A stretch of 55,746 bases of DNA from Chthoniobacterales bacterium (lineage in GTDB: Bacteria > Verrucomicrobiota > Verrucomicrobiia > Chthoniobacterales > JAFAMB01), in contig DASUWQ010000242.1 of assembly GCA_036378375.1 (NCBI GenBank), positions 1-55,746 on the forward strand, in the 5' to 3' direction. The position numbers and the translations under genes are program-made. Below the pieces are notes generated by a model that was not told the origin of the DNA, did no database searches, and saw only the letters and a program-made list of their open reading frames with translations. Of this stretch, positions 54,291 to 55,746 are shown piece after piece. Position 1 is the stretch's first letter; each line of letters begins with the position of its first letter.

Positions 54291-55001
54291 ATGATCACGA
54301 AAGCCGTCATCCTAGCCGCAGGACGTGGGACACGCATGCGGGAACTCACGAACGAGGTTCCCAAACCGATGGTCGAGGTTCGCGGGAAACCCATCCTGCA
54401 TCATATCCTGGATGGATTACGCTCGGCTGATATCGAAGAGGTTTTGATCGTCGTCGGCTACCGAAAAGAAGCGATCCAAGATTATTTTGGTGACGGGCGA
54501 AAGGTCGGATTGCACGTCGAGTATGTCGAGCAGGTGACTCAGGACGGCACCGGCCGCGTCGTCAGCCTGGCCAAGCCGTTCTCCCGCGACCATCCCTTTC
54601 TGCTCATTTACGGCGATATCTTGGTACAGCCAGAGATGTACCGAAAACTCAGGGACCTAGGTGACGAGGAAATGTTGATCGCGGTCAAGTATTTGCAGGA
54701 CGTTTCCAAGGGTGGCGCCGTTTACCTGGACGAAAATTTTCGGCTGATTGATCTGCGCGAAAAGCAGGACGCCGGCGGGATAGAGACCCACTGGTACAAC
54801 GCCGGTCTTTATGCTTTTCGACCCTCGATTTTTCCATTCATCGACAAGCTAGAGAAATCACCTAGAGGCGAATACGAACTGACGGATGCGATTCGGGCGA
54901 CGGCCAAGGCAGGTCTCAAAATAAAAGGCGTCGAGATAAAAGGTTCCTGGGCGGATGTGCGCGACCCCGAAATTCTTCAAGCATTAAACCAACCCTCATA
55001 A
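54291..55001 (+). CDS. Sugar-phosphate nucleotidyltransferase
   Basis: MITKAVILAAGRGTRM signature (GxGTR). The ORF-track start is at 54258. Confidence 0.8.
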   Translation: MITKAVILAAGRGTRMRELTNEVPKPMVEVRGKPILHHILDGLRSADIEEVLIVVGYRKEAIQDYFGDGRKVGLHVEYVEQVTQDGTGRVVSLAKPFSRDHPFLLIYGDILVQPEMYRKLRDLGDEEMLIAVKYLQDVSKGGAVYLDENFRLIDLREKQDAGGIETHWYNAGLYAFRPSIFPFIDKLEKSPRGEYELTDAIRATAKAGLKIKGVEIKGSWADVRDPEILQALNQPS

Positions 55002-55014
55002 TATGTTCTCTTTA

Positions 55015-55746
55015 TGCGGGTCGGTTTTGCTCAGATTAATACGACCGTTGGAGCTCTAAAACAGAACTTCGACAAAATATTTGAGGCATACATCAAGGCC
55101 GTCTCGGCTGGCGCTGACTTGGTGTTAACCCCGGAGCTGGCGTTGACCGGATACCCTCCTCAGGATCTGGTCTTTAAATCTCGCTTCGTGCCCGAAACCT
55201 GGGAAGGGATTAACAACCTGCATCGACGCGTTGGACCGGTTCCGTTGCTGGTCGGCTATGTAGACTTTAATCCAAGCCCAACCGGCAAACCGTTCGTAAA
55301 TGCTTGCGCGATTCTTCAACAAGGACAGCCCATCCGAAAGGTTTTTAAGACCAGACTGCCAACCTACGACGTTTTCGACGAGGCCCGGTATTTCGAACCG
55401 GCGACCCATCAGGAACCCTTCGAGCTCGCGGGCCGTCGCGTGGGCATTACCATCTGCGAGGATATCTGGACCGAAAGATTCCTGAAAAGAGAACTCTACC
55501 ACCAGGATCCGGTAGCAAATTTGGTCGCACAGGGAGCGGATGTGATCGTCAATCTTAGCTCTTCACCCTTCCATGTGGGCAAGGCTGCACTCCGCATCGA
55601 GATGGTCAGCGAACTCGCGACTAAGTTCAAAGTCCCCTTCTTTTATTGCAACGCCATCGGCGGTAATGATGAGCTGATTTTCGACGGAAATTCGTTCGTC
55701 ATTGATGCGAACGGGCAGACGGTCGCAAGTTTGGCTGCATTTGAGG
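55015..55746 (+). CDS. nadE: Glutamine-dependent NAD+ synthetase, N-terminal CN-hydrolase domain (partial; runs off the window end)
   Basis: My own translation: MRVGFAQINTTVGALKQNFDKIFEAYIKAVSAGADLVLTPELALTGYPPQDL...CEDIW. The frame is open to 55746. It is not in the ORF track because no stop lies within the window. Confidence 0.8.

Noticed and set aside
1-55746. Search by eye for tRNA, rRNA, tmRNA, riboswitches, IS elements, integrases, prophage or cas genes
   Set aside because: No T-loop (GGTTCGAATCC-like) plus acceptor structure, rRNA-like segment, transposase or integrase ORF was seen. Absence should be confirmed with tRNAscan-SE, Infernal and ISfinder, since visual inspection can miss ncRNAs.

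Overview
This is a bacterial chromosomal window with about 50 CDS. I found no rRNA, tRNA, CRISPR array, transposase or integrase. The gene content and the many intergenic palindromic repeat families look like a Verrucomicrobia/PVC-type genome, but that is only a guess. The main item is a RiPP locus at about 4.85-19.1 kb. It encodes a TolC-like outer membrane protein, an HlyD-type adaptor and a C39-peptidase ABC exporter. It also encodes a second ABC subunit with a cNMP-binding-like N-terminus, a sensor-less sigma-54 enhancer-binding protein (EBP) and a near-perfect sigma-54 promoter. Downstream come an NHLP (nitrile-hydratase-like leader) precursor and three tandem 44-aa double-glycine lanthipeptide precursor genes. 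The three genes fall below the ORF-track cutoff, and antisense ORF artefacts sit over them in the track. The locus ends with a 1004-aa class II lanthipeptide synthetase (LanM) carrying the ProcM-type CCG zinc motif. Three details of this locus are unusual. Expression appears to be sigma-54 controlled. The NHLP precursor has a core with no Cys. The short precursors have one Cys against eight Ser/Thr. Other points are a DAC (DisA_N)-like protein translationally coupled (GTGA overlap) to a YcaQ/AlkZ-family glycosylase-like gene, and a sugar ABC / GMC-oxidoreductase / TIM-barrel operon with a double-length LacI regulator. There are also at least nine dispersed palindromic repeat families, including three elements of about 280 bp bounded by inverted repeats; several repeats inflate ORF-track N-termini. 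The rest is housekeeping (larC, tal, carA, infA, mutL, IscA/ErpA-like, pfk, dac, nadE). All functional calls come from reading motifs by eye; no database search was run.
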